From Takakia lepidozioides (lineage: Eukaryota > Plantae > Bryophyta), in NCBI GenBank assembly GCA_030704615.1, contig CM060731.1, positions 92,628,001 through 92,692,000 of the forward strand: 64,000 nucleotides of DNA, read 5' to 3'. The notes below the pieces were generated by a model, which saw nothing but the letters and a program-made list of their open reading frames with translations, was not told the DNA's origin and did not search any database. Shown one piece after another: positions 62,780 through 64,000 of this stretch; the stretch's first letter is position 1, and each line of letters opens with the position of its first letter. The translations under genes were made by a program, and so were the position numbers.

Positions 62780-63710
62780 AAGTGTGCGCATCACCGACCC
62801 TGGGCACCTCTCCTGCATAGTTTTGTCTGTCTTTTCAGGTCTGAACGCCGTTTTCCTGACTTCAAATCAAATCGCCCTCTCTCACACTGTAACCGAACCC
62901 TTAGACTCACGTATATCCGCCAAGTAACGAGGCTCCTCCAAGAACTATTCAACTCCCCTGTATCCGACCTCGCATCTTGCATCTTCCAATGAAAGTGCTC
63001 CAAACCCTTCTCCGGCCTCCTGGCGGCGAACACTAGCTTCCAGATCTATATAAAAAAAAACAAGCTCCGTTGCACTAGATGCATGCGTGATCAAACACGC
63101 ATCAGACCTTTCAGTTGGCACAGAAACACATACTAACAATTACAAAGGTCCAATTCACGGTGAGCTTCACGGGACTCAAATTGATTCTCTGCAACTCAGA
63201 TCCACCTGAACAAACATCTAAAATTGATCTCGTGCTGAAGCACTAGTAAAACAGAACAGCCAAGTGATGTAATGGTAGACTCCATGGATCCGAGGACTAC
63301 GTAGTACACTCCAAGGCCAAGTACTGAAGACTATGGCCGCATCAGCTGCAACGCAATCCCACATCGCAAAGATTCCTAAGGATAATATTCCCGAGCCGGG
63401 GCTTAAGATTTTAAGGGGACATAAAGCCCTATCAAAAAATTTCCTATAGTTTATGTGTGGGGTAACGCCCTCGGCAGCCAACCCTTAAATCGTGGATCTC
63501 CCGGATGAGCAACGCTTTGCACCGACTCTCTCGAAATTTAAAAAAAAAACTTGCGTGTTGGGGTCCAAGCACCTATCACTGACAGCAGAGTTATGGCAGT
63601 CAATCAAATTCATTCGGCTGGCATCTGGTTCTTCTCTTCATCACCGAGGCCTAATCCATCCCAAACCAAGCAGATCATAGCACTTCTTAGGAATTTTGTT
63701 TGGGGAGCCA
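62780..63710 (+). mobile_element. Highly degenerate L1-type ORF2 fragment
   Basis: AVNQIHSAGIWFF..QIIALLRNFVWG resembles the post-RT L1 segment; many stops. Confidence 0.5.
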
Positions 63711-63714
63711 ATGA

Positions 63715-64000
63715 TTCTAACTTAATGTTCAAGCAGACCTCCAGGCATGTTTCAGATTTAACTTCCCTCCGACTCCGATTTGCTTGCAATTCATAGTGCT
63801 TTTGTGCCTTGGCGGTGTTGGACTTTGCGAGCTCCAACAAACGTTTGTGTTCCTCCGAACACCGCCATTGCTGCTGGAAGCTTCTCACCATCCTCTTCGG
63901 CCCCATCCTTTGTCGATTGGGCGGCCCATTCCGGAAGGGCCTTGGGAGAGTGTCTCAATGGATTTCATGACGAGTTTGCCGTTGTCAAGAGGGTATGATG
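63715..64000 (-). mobile_element. Gypsy integrase C-terminal fragment (runs off the window)
   Basis: LELAKSNTAKAQKHYELQANRSRREVK..EVCL fits the A..N..KAQ..K.AN..RR.V.F..G..VWL pattern. Confidence 0.7.

Overview
Eukaryotic, intron-containing, transposon-rich DNA from a plant. The CLC-f sequence and TE families suggest a non-seed plant such as a bryophyte (inference). Two intact-looking host genes lie on the minus strand: a ~9-exon RING/IBR-like + BIRC6-type ubiquitin-conjugating (UBC) fusion gene (30064-42102) and a 9-exon CLC-f chloride channel with CBS domains (53400-61827). The rest is mostly nested, degenerate mobile DNA. It includes a CACTA TnpD with a SET-domain gene placed between a transposase-associated-like N-terminal exon and the catalytic exons (1-5650), and Ty3/gypsy remnants whose long 3' accessory ORFs share a C-terminal domain I could not assign (9550-20715). 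Also present are a MULE-like transposase with a GCM-type Zn domain and palindromic repeats, pogo, hAT, CACTA and piggyBac-like non-autonomous elements, and L1 fragments. An RTEX/L2-like LINE forms head-to-tail stacks at (GA)n tracts in introns of both genes, and a short tetraloop-rich retroposed motif occurs three times. All domain calls come from motif recognition by eye; no searches were run.
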